Shown: positions 18,741 to 20,000 of the stretch, piece by piece
Numbering within the stretch: position 1 is the stretch's first letter
Layout: every line of letters begins with the position of its first letter
Assembly: GCF_004010195.1 (NCBI RefSeq)
Contig: NC_057719.1
Span: 73,439,546-73,459,545, forward strand
DNA: 20,000 bases
Direction of reading: 5' to 3'
Origin: Chiloscyllium plagiosum
Lineage: Eukaryota
Translations under genes and position numbers: made by a program
The notes under the pieces: generated by a model
What the model saw: only the letters and a program-made list of their open reading frames with translations
Told to the model about the DNA's origin: nothing
The model's database searches: none

Positions 18741-19782
18741 TTATCTCAGCCCGCTTGGCACACCAGCCTCATTCCTGAAGTAGGGCTTATGCCCGAAATG
18801 TCGACTCGCCTGCTCCTCGGATGCTGCCTGTCCTGCTGTGTTTTCCTAGTATAAATACCTCCCTATTTCTCCCCTTTTTTTTTAGCTTTGACAAAGGGTC
18901 GAAATGTCAGCTCTTTTCTCTTCTTACAGATACTGCCAGACCTGCTGAGATTTTCCAGCATTTTCTCTTTTGGTTATTAAGGAGCAAGTTTACATTAGAC
19001 TTTTTAAAAATTTGGTTAACTCAAAAGAGATCTTGTTTTATTTCTTTACAGCTTTACAGATGCTCAACTACAAATTGAATTATTTTTTAAAAAGTCTGTT
19101 ATAACCTACTTCAGGAGTGAAAAGAGAGAAATTTACTCATTGATCAGGACTTGGCTGTAATAATCTACAAAATTATGCATGGTTCCCACCTTAAGTGATA
19201 AACAACAATTATGGCCATTATCATTTGGTAATTTTTATATCTCTCAGTCCATCCAAATAGAGATGGTTCAGTTCCCTTCATAGATTAATGGAAATTTGAG
19301 CAGAGAAGGAAACAATTTAGCTTCTTGTGATATTGCTGTACCTCAAGCAACTACTTGAATCTGTTCCTTCAAAATGCCTTTTAAGTGGTAAATAGAGGAA
19401 AAAATGTATTTTAAACACCCCTAATGACAAGAAGAACTTGACTGATGGCTAAACCACACTATGACTAGAAGCTTGAGATGCAGAAATATAAAGGAACATT
19501 ACCAGCATTATCTGTCAAAAAAGGCAGTTGCTTAACCAAGGGAAAATTATGGGTTACATTGAAATCAGCAGTAGGTTATAAATAAGAAACCATGAAACAG
19601 ATGTCGCAAGTAACAGCTTTGCTCTGATCTCCACTACTTAGCTCAGTAGCTTGAATCATCTGCCTCAGTAGAAAGGCTCCTGCAGGCATAATGTTTGCTC
19701 TGAGGCGACTAGTGAAGTCACAGAACAGAGTCGGGAGAGCTGACCTGGAAGCAGAGGAAGCTAGCCTCTGTTATTGTTGTAA

Positions 19783-20000
19783 AACATCATCGCTGATGCC
19801 ACATGCTCAGTGACTTCCGCCACCCCTACTGCCGTGTCTGCCACCACTTCCGCCCCCACCAGCGCCATTCACCTGCATTCTGCTGACACGCCCCCCACAG
19901 ACCCCACTGTCACTATCCCCACCCCCCAGAACCCCGAGGGGAACACTACCCCTGCTCATGACTCTACCCCCATTCCCCCCACCATCACACCCACTCCAGG
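19783..20000 (+). mobile_element. C-rich, Thr/Pro-rich open frame running off the window; probably the N-terminal region of another PLE copy
   Basis: Abrupt composition switch at ~19785. The frame NIIADATCSVTSATPTAVSATT...PIPPTITPTP is open to the end and has a C-rich strand bias like 18130-18740. No diagnostic motif is visible. Confidence 0.4.

Larger units (their letters stand above)
17553..18975. mobile_element. Composite Penelope-like element: two nested pairs of inverted terminal repeats around a rearranged GIY-YIG coding fragment
   Basis: Outer IR 17586-17724 / 18845-18975 (family A-like). Inner IR ~17789-17864 / 18772-18846 (family B). Internal PLE protein fragments on both strands. 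Confidence 0.85.

Noticed and set aside
17923..18783. 286-aa ORF as a novel intact nuclease gene
   Set aside because: It is a chimera: antisense of the inverted PLE piece, then an off-frame stretch, and only from YIG onward the true GIY-YIG frame. The IIY half of the motif is in another frame.
11500..20000. CHURC1 exons expected on the minus strand from human synteny
   Set aside because: No match to the recalled C-terminus (LCLLCGKAEDTISILPDDPRQ) was seen by eye; it probably lies outside the window.

Overview
Eukaryotic (vertebrate) genomic DNA. The repeat families and codon style suggest a cartilaginous fish (shark); this is inferred from recalled repeat sequences, not shown directly. Two protein-coding genes lie on the + strand. 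(1) The last four coding exons of RAB15 (11-88, 214-303, 1454-1519, 2462-2620), ending in a CWC prenylation motif. (2) A complete two-exon selenoprotein gene, GPX2 (7198-7419 + 10251-10601, 190 aa), with an in-frame TGA read as Sec40 (7315-7317), a form-1 SECIS hairpin (11330-11407), poly(A) signals and a proximal Nrf2-type ARE. The RAB15-GPX2 tandem order matches human synteny. The rest is mostly repeats: CR1-type LINE remnants, tRNA-derived SINEs, a young TSD-flanked non-LTR insertion in the GPX2 promoter, a decayed PIF/Harbinger transposase, and several Penelope-like (PLE) palindromic elements. The PLE arms carry minimal hammerhead-ribozyme-like motifs, and one family has a compensatory U3-A8 core. 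I found no wholly new gene system. The most notable signals are the Sec recoding apparatus (missed by the ORF track), the hammerhead-bearing nested PLE palindromes, and AATAAA signals upstream of the SECIS.
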